Part shown: positions 8,715 to 16,590 of the stretch, piece after piece
Position numbering within the stretch: the first letter of the stretch is position 1
Layout of the letters: every line of letters starts with the position of its first letter
DNA from: Solirubrobacterales bacterium
GTDB taxonomy: Bacteria; Actinomycetota; Thermoleophilia; Solirubrobacterales; Solirubrobacteraceae
Direction: 5' to 3'
Assembly: GCA_019240655.1 (NCBI GenBank)
Contig: JAFAXX010000154.1
Coordinates: forward strand, 6,400-70,399
DNA: 64,000 nucleotides
Made by a program: the position numbers and the translations under genes
The notes under the pieces: model-generated
What the model saw: only the letters and a program-made list of their open reading frames with translations
Told to the model about the DNA's origin: nothing
Database searches by the model: none

Positions 8715-10250
8715 GTGGCCACTCTGGCAGCAGGGAGCGAACTGGCCGGCTATCGCATCGACGAGGTCCTCGGCCGCGGCGGCATGGGGGTCGTGTATCG
8801 CGGGACCGATGTCCGGCTCGGCCGCACCGTGGCGATCAAGCTGATCGCGGCCGAGCGAGCCTCTGAGCCGACGATTCGCCGGCGCTTCGAGCGGGAGGCT
8901 CGACTCATGGCGGCGATCGACCATCCCCACGTGCTCCCGGTCTACGCCGCCGGAGAGGAGCACGGCTGCCTCTACCTGGTGATGCGCTACGTGGCCGGGA
9001 CCGACCTCGCGGCGTTGCTGAAGGAGCAAGGCTGGCTTGCACCGGCGCGGGCGGTCCACATCACCGATCAGCTGGCCGACGCACTCGATGCCGCCCATCG
9101 CGCCGGGCTTGTACATCGGGACATCAAGCCCGCCAACGTGCTGATCGCGGGCGACCGCGACCATGTCTATCTCAGCGACTTCGGTATCGGCCGGGCGGTG
9201 GAGGCGGCCACGCGGCTGACCGATACTCACGACTGGCTAGGGACGGTCGACTTCTGCTCGCCCGAGCAGCTCCGCGGCGAACCCACCGACGCCCGCAGCG
9301 ACGTCTACTCGCTTGGCTGCGTGCTGTACACGCTGCTCACCGGTACGCCGCCGCATCACCGGGAGACCACGCACGCCACGATGTTCGCGCACCTCAACGA
9401 GCCCTCGCCGCCTCCGTCGCGCATCGGGGGCGTGCCCGTGAGCTTCGACGCCGTGCTGGCGCGCGCGCTCGCCAAGCGGCCCGCCCGGCGATACGCCGCT
9501 GCCGGCGAGCTGGCCGCCGCGGCCCGCGCCGCGCTCCCGGGTGGCGACCACGGCGATCCGGCTGTTTCCGGCGGTGCGCGTCAGCGGCGGCCGCCGCTGA
9601 GACCACGCCGACCGCGCCGGGCGGATCTGACGCGGCGGCACGGACAAACTGCGCCGTCAGCCACGCGGCGGCTGCGCGGCGCGACGCGCACGTGGCTCGA
9701 CCTCCGGCCTCGTCCGGAGGACCAGGATGAACGGGCCGCGGGTACGCACGCGGCCGCGGCCGCGCGCGGGCCGGCGCGCGCGTGGCTGGCGGCTCTGCTG
9801 CTGGCGGGCCTGGTGGCGACGATCGCCGCTGCGGGGTGGGTGCTGGCGTCGTCGTCCAGCTCGGGCAAGGCCTCCCCGCCCGCGGGCCCGCTCACGCAGG
9901 GGGAGATCGCCGGAGTCGTGCAGCGGTTTGCCGCCGCGTACGGGCACCGGGATCCACGGGCGCTCACCGCCCTGCTGGCCCCGACCGTCACCCGGGTGAC
10001 CGGTAGCTCGGTCGAGCACGGCCGGCCGGCGGTCGTGGCGCAGTACGACGCACAACTCGCGGACCGCTCGGTCGTCGGCTATCGGCTCACCCGGCTGCAG
10101 TTCGAGCCCGGCTGGATCGGCCGGGCGGCGGGCTCTTACGAGATCCTCCGCACCGGTGAGGCAAACCTGGTCGGCGGCGTCACGTTCGCGGTCGAGCGGA
10201 TCGGCGGTCGCGCGGAGATTGCCCTGATCGCGACGCACCCCGCCGGCTGA
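8715..10250 (+). CDS. Ser/Thr protein kinase with one TM and an NTF2/SnoaL-like ectodomain
   Basis: Hanks motifs LGRGGMGVVY, VAIK, HRDIKPANVL, DFG and SPEQ. Pro/Arg-rich linker, TM (WLAALLLAGLVATIAAAGWVLA), then a C-terminal ~125 aa (IAGVVQRFAAAYGHRDPRAL...) with an NTF2-like pattern. The start is uncertain: GTG 8715, while GTG 8628 lies inside the repeat. Confidence 0.85.
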   Translation: MATLAAGSELAGYRIDEVLGRGGMGVVYRGTDVRLGRTVAIKLIAAERASEPTIRRRFEREARLMAAIDHPHVLPVYAAGEEHGCLYLVMRYVAGTDLAALLKEQGWLAPARAVHITDQLADALDAAHRAGLVHRDIKPANVLIAGDRDHVYLSDFGIGRAVEAATRLTDTHDWLGTVDFCSPEQLRGEPTDARSDVYSLGCVLYTLLTGTPPHHRETTHATMFAHLNEPSPPPSRIGGVPVSFDAVLARALAKRPARRYAAAGELAAAARAALPGGDHGDPAVSGGARQRRPPLRPRRPRRADLTRRHGQTAPSATRRLRGATRTWLDLRPRPEDQDERAAGTHAAAAARGPARAWLAALLLAGLVATIAAAGWVLASSSSSGKASPPAGPLTQGEIAGVVQRFAAAYGHRDPRALTALLAPTVTRVTGSSVEHGRPAVVAQYDAQLADRSVVGYRLTRLQFEPGWIGRAAGSYEILRTGEANLVGGVTFAVERIGGRAEIALIATHPAG

Positions 10251-10263
10251 CCACCCCCGGCCG

Positions 10264-10881
10264 CTAGCAGAGCTTCGCGACCTGGACCTGCACCTCGCTG
10301 CCCGGCGCGACCCGGCGCCCGGCCGGCGGCGCGGTCTGGCACACCTGGGTCGAGGCCGGGATCAGCGCTTGCCAGAAGCCGCCCGTGTCGTTCACCTTGG
10401 CGGTCAACCCCACGGCCCGAAGCCGGGCCGAGGCGGACGACGGACTTACTCCGGTGAGGTCGGGCACCGCCACGGCGGTCTGCCGGTAGACACGCACCGC
10501 AGCCACGGCCCCGGCGGCGTGAGGGGCCGCGGCCAGCACGTCAATTACGTTCTCGCCGGGACTGATCGACACGCTCGTCCGGAAGCCGCCTTGCGTCACG
10601 GGAACCTGACGGCCCTCCACCAGCACGGTTGCGCTCGCCGGTGCCACCGTGCCGCTGACCACGACGTCGCCGGCCAGCGTGGCCAGGTCGTCGCTCGGGC
10701 CGGTGACGAAGAGGTGCACGGGTGGCGCGGTCGCAGGGCGGGCCGGCGGCGACGCGCTCCCGCAGCCGGCGAGCAGCGTTCCGGCGACGAGCAGCCTTCC
10801 GGCGATGGGCAGGGTTCGGGCGATGGGCACGCCGAGCGCTGCGCTCGACCGACGCGCTTGGTGCAGCGAGCCGACGGTCAT
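10264..10881 (-). CDS. Lipoprotein with a C-terminal PASTA domain
   Basis: From ATG 10881: lipobox LLAGC, an Ig-like middle region, then VPDLTGVSPSSASARLRAVGLTAKV....APPAGRRVAPGSEVQVQV (PASTA pattern). The upstream part of the 327-aa ORF overlaps rbsK out of frame. Confidence 0.7.
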   Translation of the reverse strand: MTVGSLHQARRSSAALGVPIARTLPIAGRLLVAGTLLAGCGSASPPARPATAPPVHLFVTGPSDDLATLAGDVVVSGTVAPASATVLVEGRQVPVTQGGFRTSVSISPGENVIDVLAAAPHAAGAVAAVRVYRQTAVAVPDLTGVSPSSASARLRAVGLTAKVNDTGGFWQALIPASTQVCQTAPPAGRRVAPGSEVQVQVAKLC

Positions 10882-10891
10882 GCGGGCGATT

Positions 10892-11725
10892 CTACGGCGG
10901 CGCGGACTCGGCGATCGCCGCGTCGAGCTCGTCCGCGCGGGGCAACGATGGCTGGGCGCCCCTGCGCGAGGCGGCCAGCGCTCCCGCGGCACAGGCGCGC
11001 GTGAGCGCCTGCGCTCGCGAGCGTCCCTCGAGCAGCGAGACCACGAGCGCCGCGCAGAACGCGTCCCCGGCGCCGGTCCCGTCCACCGCCTCGACCTGCG
11101 GCGGGCGCGCGCGGGCGACCTCCTGCCCGTCTTCGAGCAGGACGGCGCCTTCGGGCCCGAGCGTGAGCGCGACCAGGCCGCGCCGTCTGCCCACCACCTC
11201 GTGCTCGTACCGGTTGACAACGAGCAGGTCGGGCTCGAGCTCGACATCGCGACGGGCCGGCGCGGCGTTCAGGCAGAAGAACCGCGCGCCGGCCGCGGCC
11301 GCGGCCACCGCCTCGAGGGGGATCTCGAGCTGGCAGATCACGGCGTCGGCGTCGCCGACGTTGACCTCGGAGGCGCTCAGCCGCCGGTTGGCGCCAGGGG
11401 CGACGACGATCACGTTCTCGCCACCGGACTCGACCAGCACCACCGCCGTGCCGGTCTCCCCGTCGTCGCGGACCACGCCGCCGACGTCGACTCCCTCGCG
11501 CTCCAGCGCGCGCAGCGGCAGCTCGTCGCGACCGAGCTTGCCGACGAAGCGAACCTGCGCGCCGAGCCGGGCCGCCGCCAGGGCCTGATTTGCCCCCTTG
11601 CCGCCAGGGACGCGTTCGAGCACCGCGTCGCTCACCGTCTCGCCGGGTCGGGGCAGCCGGTCACACTCCACGACGAGGTCCACGTTGGCTGAGCCGACGA
11701 CGGTGATCCGGGGCGGGTGTGGCAT
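10892..11725 (-). CDS. rbsK: Ribokinase (PfkB family)
   Basis: Contains ITVVGSANVDLVV, GGKGANQALAAARLG and DGTGAGDAFCAAL. Confidence 0.85.
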   Translation of the reverse strand: MPHPPRITVVGSANVDLVVECDRLPRPGETVSDAVLERVPGGKGANQALAAARLGAQVRFVGKLGRDELPLRALEREGVDVGGVVRDDGETGTAVVLVESGGENVIVVAPGANRRLSASEVNVGDADAVICQLEIPLEAVAAAAAGARFFCLNAAPARRDVELEPDLLVVNRYEHEVVGRRRGLVALTLGPEGAVLLEDGQEVARARPPQVEAVDGTGAGDAFCAALVVSLLEGRSRAQALTRACAAGALAASRRGAQPSLPRADELDAAIAESAPP

Positions 11726-12102
11726 CGCGTCGGGATGCTATGGGGCGATGCGCTTGACCGGAATACGGTGCGGGTAGGCGCGTCTCACGGAGGCAGAGTG
11801 CCCGAGTCGTCTTCGACCATCGATCGGCCCGCCGTTGCCGAGACCGGCGATGCGTCTGCCGACGCCCTCGCGCTCCAGCGGACCGCCGTATTCTCCGGCC
11901 TGGTCCGGGCCGGCTTCATCGTCCGCGGCGTCACCTATGGAGTGATCGGCGGGCTGGCGGCGGCGTTCGCGGTCGGCGCGGGCAGCCAGGGCACGCCGAC
12001 TCAGGAGGGTGCGCTCGAGCTGATCTCGGGGGCGCCGTCGCCGCGGGCCTGCTGACCTTCGCGGTGTTCTCGTTCCTCGAGGCGCGCTACCGGCGGCTGT
12101 AG
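11717..12102 (+). pseudogene. DUF1206-like membrane protein, single repeat, apparent frame break at a G5 run
   Basis: VFSGLVRAGFIVRGVTYGVIGGLAAAFAVGAG...GALELI fits DUF1206. The frame stops at 12055, but the +2 frame from 12031 continues GAVAAGLLTFAVFSFLEARYRRL-stop (12102), the expected second helix. The break is at GGGGG, 12028-12032. Confidence 0.4.
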
Positions 12103-12167
12103 GAGGATTTCCGGCGGCGTTTGCGGCGCTCGAGTCAGACCGGCCCCCGCTCCGGACAGACGAAGGC

Positions 12168-12191
12168 GGCGATGCTCTGAGGAGCATCGCC
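12168..12191. terminator. Perfect 10-bp hairpin (GGCGATGCTC-TGAG-GAGCATCGCC) between convergent genes
   Basis: Read directly. It lies between the DUF1206 ORF (+) and the sigma gene (-) and is followed by a T-rich stretch, GGCTTATACAAACATTT. Confidence 0.5.
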
Positions 12192-12220
12192 GGCTTATAC
12201 AAACATTTGGTGAGCTTTGG

Positions 12221-13288
12221 CTACGCCGCCCGGCGGAGCTGCTCGAGCTCCCGGCTTCCGGCCAGCCGGCGCAGGCCCTGCTCCTCGAGCTCGCGGGCCC
12301 GCGACAGCGAGATCCCGAGCTCGGTGCCGGTCTGCCTGATCGTCATCGGCTCCTGTCCGGCCAGGCCAAAGCGCAGGCGGATGACGTTACGCTCGGGCTC
12401 CGGTAGCCGCTCGACGACCTCCGCCACGCGGTTGTCGCGATCGGCGTCGGCAACCTGCTGATCGGGCTCCGGCGTGTCGCTCGCGAGCAGGTCGCCGAAG
12501 GCGGTCTCGCCGTCGTCGCCCACCGGCTGATCGAGGCTGGCCAGCCCGCGGCTCAGCTCGCGGAGCTCGGCCACTTCCTCGACCGGAAGGTCGGCCACCG
12601 CCGCGATCTCCTCGTCGGTCGGCTCGCGCGAGAGCTTGGTGTTCAGCTCACTTTCGATCTTGCGGATCTTCACCTGGCGCTGCGCGACGTGCACCGGCAC
12701 TCGGATCGTCCGGCCGTGATTCTGCAGGCCGCGCTGGATCGCCTGGCGAATCCACAGCGTCCCGTAGGTCGAGAACTTGAAGCCCCGGCGCCAGTCGAAC
12801 TTCTCGACCGCGCGGATCAGGCCGAGCATGCCCTCCTGGACGAGGTCCTCCATCGGCAGGCCGTGGCCCTGGTAGCGCCTCGCCTGCGAGACCACCAGCC
12901 GCAGGTTCGAGTTGATCATGCGGTCCTTGGCCTCGAGGTCTCCGCGTTCGATTCGCTTGGCCAGCTCGACCTCCTGCGCGGCGGTCAAGAGCGGGTGCGC
13001 CCGCGCGCGGCGGAGGAACAGGTCAAGTGAGTCGCCGGAGCCGACGATGTGCTCAACCTCGCGGAAGCGCGCGTCCTCGCCGTGGTCCAGGCGTCCGGCG
13101 ACATGGGCGGACTGCCGGCGGTTCTGGCGCCGATTGCCCACCGCGGACGCGCGGCCGCGCGAGCGGTGCGTCCGGGGTCGGTCGGTTGGGTCGTGAGGGT
13201 CGGGACGCACTTCGGGCACGGCGTCTCGCTCCTCGAATTCAAAGGTGTTCAGGTCTGTCTCCCGATATCTCGAGCGTTCTTTTTCCAC
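12221..13288 (-). CDS. RNA polymerase sigma-70 factor, group 1/2 (primary-like)
   Basis: 355 aa with regions 1.2 to 4.2: LFLRRARAHPLLTAAQEVELAKRIE, NLRLVVSQARRYQGHGLPMEDLVQEGMLGLIRAVEKFDWRRGFKFSTYGTLWIRQAI, IRVPVH and TIRQTGTELGISLSRARELEEQGLRRL. Confidence 0.9.
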   Translation of the reverse strand: MEKERSRYRETDLNTFEFEERDAVPEVRPDPHDPTDRPRTHRSRGRASAVGNRRQNRRQSAHVAGRLDHGEDARFREVEHIVGSGDSLDLFLRRARAHPLLTAAQEVELAKRIERGDLEAKDRMINSNLRLVVSQARRYQGHGLPMEDLVQEGMLGLIRAVEKFDWRRGFKFSTYGTLWIRQAIQRGLQNHGRTIRVPVHVAQRQVKIRKIESELNTKLSREPTDEEIAAVADLPVEEVAELRELSRGLASLDQPVGDDGETAFGDLLASDTPEPDQQVADADRDNRVAEVVERLPEPERNVIRLRFGLAGQEPMTIRQTGTELGISLSRARELEEQGLRRLAGSRELEQLRRAA

Positions 13289-13295
13289 AGTCAGA

Positions 13296-13304
13296 ATTGT
13301 AGCA
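13296..13304 (-). promoter_or_regulatory. Extended -10 element (TGcTACAAT) 7 nt upstream of the sigma-gene GTG
   Basis: The minus strand reads ...AAATGCTACAATTCTGACTGTG. There is no SD, and the spacing implies a leaderless mRNA. Confidence 0.4.
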
Positions 13305-13471
13305 TTTGTACGACGATTATCGAACCTTCTCGGTTCGACAGAGGCATGCGTCGGCCTCCCCGGAAATCGCCGCAGCGATAACCGGGTACCCCATTCGGCT
13401 GCGCCGTCAACCCTGCTCTAAGTACCCCATCCAGGGATGACCGTTTCGCGGAAGCGATAGCGTGCCGCGGG

Positions 13472-14824
13472 ATGAGCGCACACACGGGCGAGAACGGACT
13501 GTTTGCCGGGCTCTTCGCTCGTGGTCGGGCGGCGCCGGAGACCGGAGATCAGGCGTTTCTGCAGGCAATGCTCGATGTCGAGCTCGCCCTGACCCGTGCC
13601 CTCGCGGACGCCGGCCTGGCCGCATCGGACGCCCCGGAGGAGGTGGCCGCCGCCTGCGACGCCGCCGACTTCGACATCGCCGCGATCGGCCGCTCGACCG
13701 GCGAGAAAGGCACACCGGTTCCCGGAGTATTGAGCCAACTGCGCGATCGCCTGAGCGATGCAGCCGCCGCCGACGTGCACAAGGGCGCCACCAGTCAAGA
13801 CATCCTCGACACCGCGATGATGCTGGTCGCCCGCCGGGCGCTCGCCGCGATCATCGAGGACCTGGCCGCCGCGGCGGACGCCTGTGCGGGCCTGGCCGAC
13901 GCCCATCGCCGGACGCTTGCCCCCGGGCGCACGCTGCTCCAGCAGGCGCTGCCGCTCACCTTTGGCCTGAAGGCGGCCGAGTGGCTCGCCGGCCTCGACG
14001 GCGCCCGCGCCGAGCTCTCCGAGGTCGACGAGCGGACCCTCGCCGTGCAGCTCGGGGGCGCCGTCGGCACCCTGGCCCTCTACGGCGAGCGCGGCCTCGA
14101 GATCGTCGCCCGGGTCGCCGCGCAGCTCGAGCTCGCCGAGCCGGGGCTGCCCTGGCACACGGTCCGCCTGCGCCCGGCTCGCCTGGCCGGAGCGCTCGGG
14201 TCCGTGCTGGGGGTGATCGGGAAGGTGGCCCGCGACGTGATCCTGCTCGCCCAGACGGAGGTAGGCGAGGTGATCGAGGGCGGCGGCGAGGGCCGGGGCG
14301 GCTCCTCGACCATGCCACACAAGCGAAACCCGGTCGGGGCGGTCGCGTCGCTGGCCTGCGCCCAGCGGGCCCCCGGGCTGGTCGCGACGATCCTCGGCGC
14401 GATGGTGCAGGAGCACGAGCGCGCCGCCGGCGCCTGGCAGGCCGAGTGGGAGCCGATGCTCGAGCTGCTGCGCCTCGCCGGCTCCGGCGCCGCAGCGATC
14501 GGCGAGTCGCTCGCCGGCCTCGAGATCGCCGGCGAGAAGATGCTTGCCGACCTCGGGCTGACCGGTTCGCTGCTGATGAGCGAGAGCGTGGCCGGAGCTC
14601 TCGGCGACTGGGTCGGGCGCCCGGCGGCCCAGCAGCTGGTCGAGCGCGCCGCCCGGCGCTCGGTCGAGCAGTCGCGCCCGTTCCGCGACGTCCTGCTCGA
14701 AGTTCCGGAGATCGAAGATTCGCTCGGCGCCGACGGGGTTGAGCGGGCACTCGACCCGAGCCACTATCTCGGAGTGACCGACCAGCTGATCGATCGGGCG
14801 CTCGCCGCCCACAGGGGTGGCTGA
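13472..14824 (+). CDS. pcaB: 3-carboxy-cis,cis-muconate cycloisomerase
   Basis: Fumarate-lyase superfamily (GATSQDILDT, GSSTMPHKRNP) with a PcaB-type N-terminus (FLQAMLDVELALTRALADAGL). pcaD and pcaC follow. Confidence 0.85.
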   Translation: MSAHTGENGLFAGLFARGRAAPETGDQAFLQAMLDVELALTRALADAGLAASDAPEEVAAACDAADFDIAAIGRSTGEKGTPVPGVLSQLRDRLSDAAAADVHKGATSQDILDTAMMLVARRALAAIIEDLAAAADACAGLADAHRRTLAPGRTLLQQALPLTFGLKAAEWLAGLDGARAELSEVDERTLAVQLGGAVGTLALYGERGLEIVARVAAQLELAEPGLPWHTVRLRPARLAGALGSVLGVIGKVARDVILLAQTEVGEVIEGGGEGRGGSSTMPHKRNPVGAVASLACAQRAPGLVATILGAMVQEHERAAGAWQAEWEPMLELLRLAGSGAAAIGESLAGLEIAGEKMLADLGLTGSLLMSESVAGALGDWVGRPAAQQLVERAARRSVEQSRPFRDVLLEVPEIEDSLGADGVERALDPSHYLGVTDQLIDRALAAHRGG

Positions 14825-15597
14825 TGTCGGTCGCGCTGCATCATGAGCTGAGCGGACCCGCCGATGCGCCGGTGCTCGTGCTGAGCGGCTCGCTCGGCAC
14901 CGACCTCTCGATGTGGGATCCACAGGCGCAGGCGCTGTCGGCCCGATTCCGCCTCCTGCGCTACGACCAGCGCGGCCACGGGCGCTCGCCCGTCCCTCGC
15001 GGGCCGTACTCGATCGCCGAGCTCGGCCAGGACCTGCTCGCGCTGCTCGACCGTCTGGAGATCGACCGGGCGCTGATCTGCGGCCTCTCGATCGGCGGCA
15101 TGACCGGCATGTGGGTGGCGGCCCACGCCCCCGAGCGGGTGCAGCGGCTCGTGCTGCTCTGCACCTCGGCGCTGCTCGGCCCGGCCGAGATGTGGCGGGA
15201 ACGGGCCGAGACGGTGCGGACGAGCGGCGTCGAGGCGATCGCCGACGCCGGCCTCGAGCGCTGGTTCACCGAGGGCTTTCGCCGCCGGAGCCCCGAAATC
15301 GTGGCGCGACTGCGGGCGGCCCTCGTCGCCACCCCGCCCGAGGGCTACGCGAGCTGCTGCGAGGCGATCGCCGCGATGGACCTGCGCGGCGATCTGGCCT
15401 CGATTGCGACTCCGACCCTGGTCGTCTCCGGCGCGGACGATCCGGCCACGCCGCCCGAGCACGGGCGGCGGATCGCGGATGCAGTCGCCGGCGCGCGGTT
15501 CGAGGTCATCGGGCCGGCCGCGCACCTGGCCAGCGTCGAGCAGCCGGAGCGGGTCACCGAGCTGATCCTGGGGTTCCTGAATGAGGAGGCGGTGTAG
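14824..15597 (+). CDS. pcaD: 3-oxoadipate enol-lactonase (alpha/beta hydrolase)
   Basis: Contains VLVLSGSLGTDLSMWDPQ, GLSIGGM and a C-terminal ...AAHLASVEQPE. It lies between pcaB and pcaC. Confidence 0.8.
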   Translation: MSVALHHELSGPADAPVLVLSGSLGTDLSMWDPQAQALSARFRLLRYDQRGHGRSPVPRGPYSIAELGQDLLALLDRLEIDRALICGLSIGGMTGMWVAAHAPERVQRLVLLCTSALLGPAEMWRERAETVRTSGVEAIADAGLERWFTEGFRRRSPEIVARLRAALVATPPEGYASCCEAIAAMDLRGDLASIATPTLVVSGADDPATPPEHGRRIADAVAGARFEVIGPAAHLASVEQPERVTELILGFLNEEAV

Positions 15598-15977
15598 TGG
15601 ACGAGGCGTACGAGACCGGGATGAAGACGCGCCGCGAGGTGCTGGGTGACGAGCACGTCGAACGGGCGACCGCCTCGGCCGGGGAGTTCGGGACCCCGTT
15701 TCAGGAGTTCATCACCCGCTGTGCGTGGGGGGGCCCATGGTCGCGCCCGGGCCTCGACCGGCGGATGCGCAGCGCGATCACCCTCGCAGCGCTGGTGTCC
15801 GTTCGGGCCGAGAACGAGGTCGGCATGCACGTCCGCGCCGCCCTCGGCAACGGCCTGACGCCCGAGGAGATCGGCGAGGTCCTCCTCCACACGGGCATCT
15901 ACGCCGGCGTTCCGGCGGCCAACGCCGCGTTTGCGGTGGCCAGCCGCGTGCTGCGCGAGGAGGGCGCAATCGAATGA
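15597..15977 (+). CDS. pcaC: 4-carboxymuconolactone decarboxylase
   Basis: 126 aa. FQEFITRCAWGGPWSRPGLDRRMRSAITLAALV...EVGMHVRAALGNGLTPEEIGEVLLHTGIYAGVPAAN (CMD family). Confidence 0.85.
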   Translation: MDEAYETGMKTRREVLGDEHVERATASAGEFGTPFQEFITRCAWGGPWSRPGLDRRMRSAITLAALVSVRAENEVGMHVRAALGNGLTPEEIGEVLLHTGIYAGVPAANAAFAVASRVLREEGAIE

Positions 15978-16044
15978 GCATCGACCGGGGGAGGGCTCGG
16001 GCAACCCCGGATCCGCTGCCTATACTTGCCAGACCGTGCAGGAG

Positions 16045-16524
16045 ATGGTCATCTACGGCGTGAGCTTCGACATGGTCGGCAAGCAGCCGATCGTGCTCCT
16101 GAAGACGGTCGAGAGCAACAAATTTCTTCCCATCTGGATCGGTCATCCCGAAGCGGCGGCGATCTTGATGAAGCTGCAGGGCGCCTCCACCCCGCGCCCG
16201 ATGACCCACGACCTCCTCTCCGACATGCTCGGCGAGCTCGACGTCGAATGCACCCGGGTGGCGGTCACCGAGCTGCGGGAGAACACCTTCTACGCCTCGA
16301 TCAGCCTCCGTGTGAACGGCCGCGACCTCGAGATCGACTCGCGCCCGAGCGACGCGCTCGCCCTCGCGGTCCGCGCCGGCGCCCCGATCTTCGCCGCCGA
16401 CGACGTGATCGCCGAGTCGGCGATCGAGTTCGAGCACGAGGTCGAGGACACCGAGGACGTGGTCGAGAAGTTCAAGGATTTTCTCGACCACGTGACTCCC
16501 GAGGACTTCGCGAGCGACGAGTAG
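16045..16524 (+). CDS. Bifunctional nuclease (BFN/DUF151) family protein
   Basis: From ATG 16045: PIVLLK...NKFLPIWIGHPEAAAI....PRPMTHDLL...F.A......IDSRPSDALALAVRAGAPIF. Confidence 0.8.
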   Translation: MVIYGVSFDMVGKQPIVLLKTVESNKFLPIWIGHPEAAAILMKLQGASTPRPMTHDLLSDMLGELDVECTRVAVTELRENTFYASISLRVNGRDLEIDSRPSDALALAVRAGAPIFAADDVIAESAIEFEHEVEDTEDVVEKFKDFLDHVTPEDFASDE

Positions 16525-16590
16525 GGGCCGCCTGCGGCGGCATCCATGGGGCCGGTCGTCCGGACGCCCGGGCCGGCGAGCGCCGCCGGC

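Noticed and set aside
13418-14923. A 501-aa ORF on the minus strand, opposite pcaB. Similar long ORFs lie at 3540-4565, 19211-20506, 22369-23919, 27404-28681, 29096-30106 and 48136-49824.
   Set aside because: These are shadow ORFs typical of ~70% GC DNA. They are Arg/Pro/Gly/Ala-rich with no recognisable motifs, and each lies antisense or out of frame to a gene with clear family signatures.
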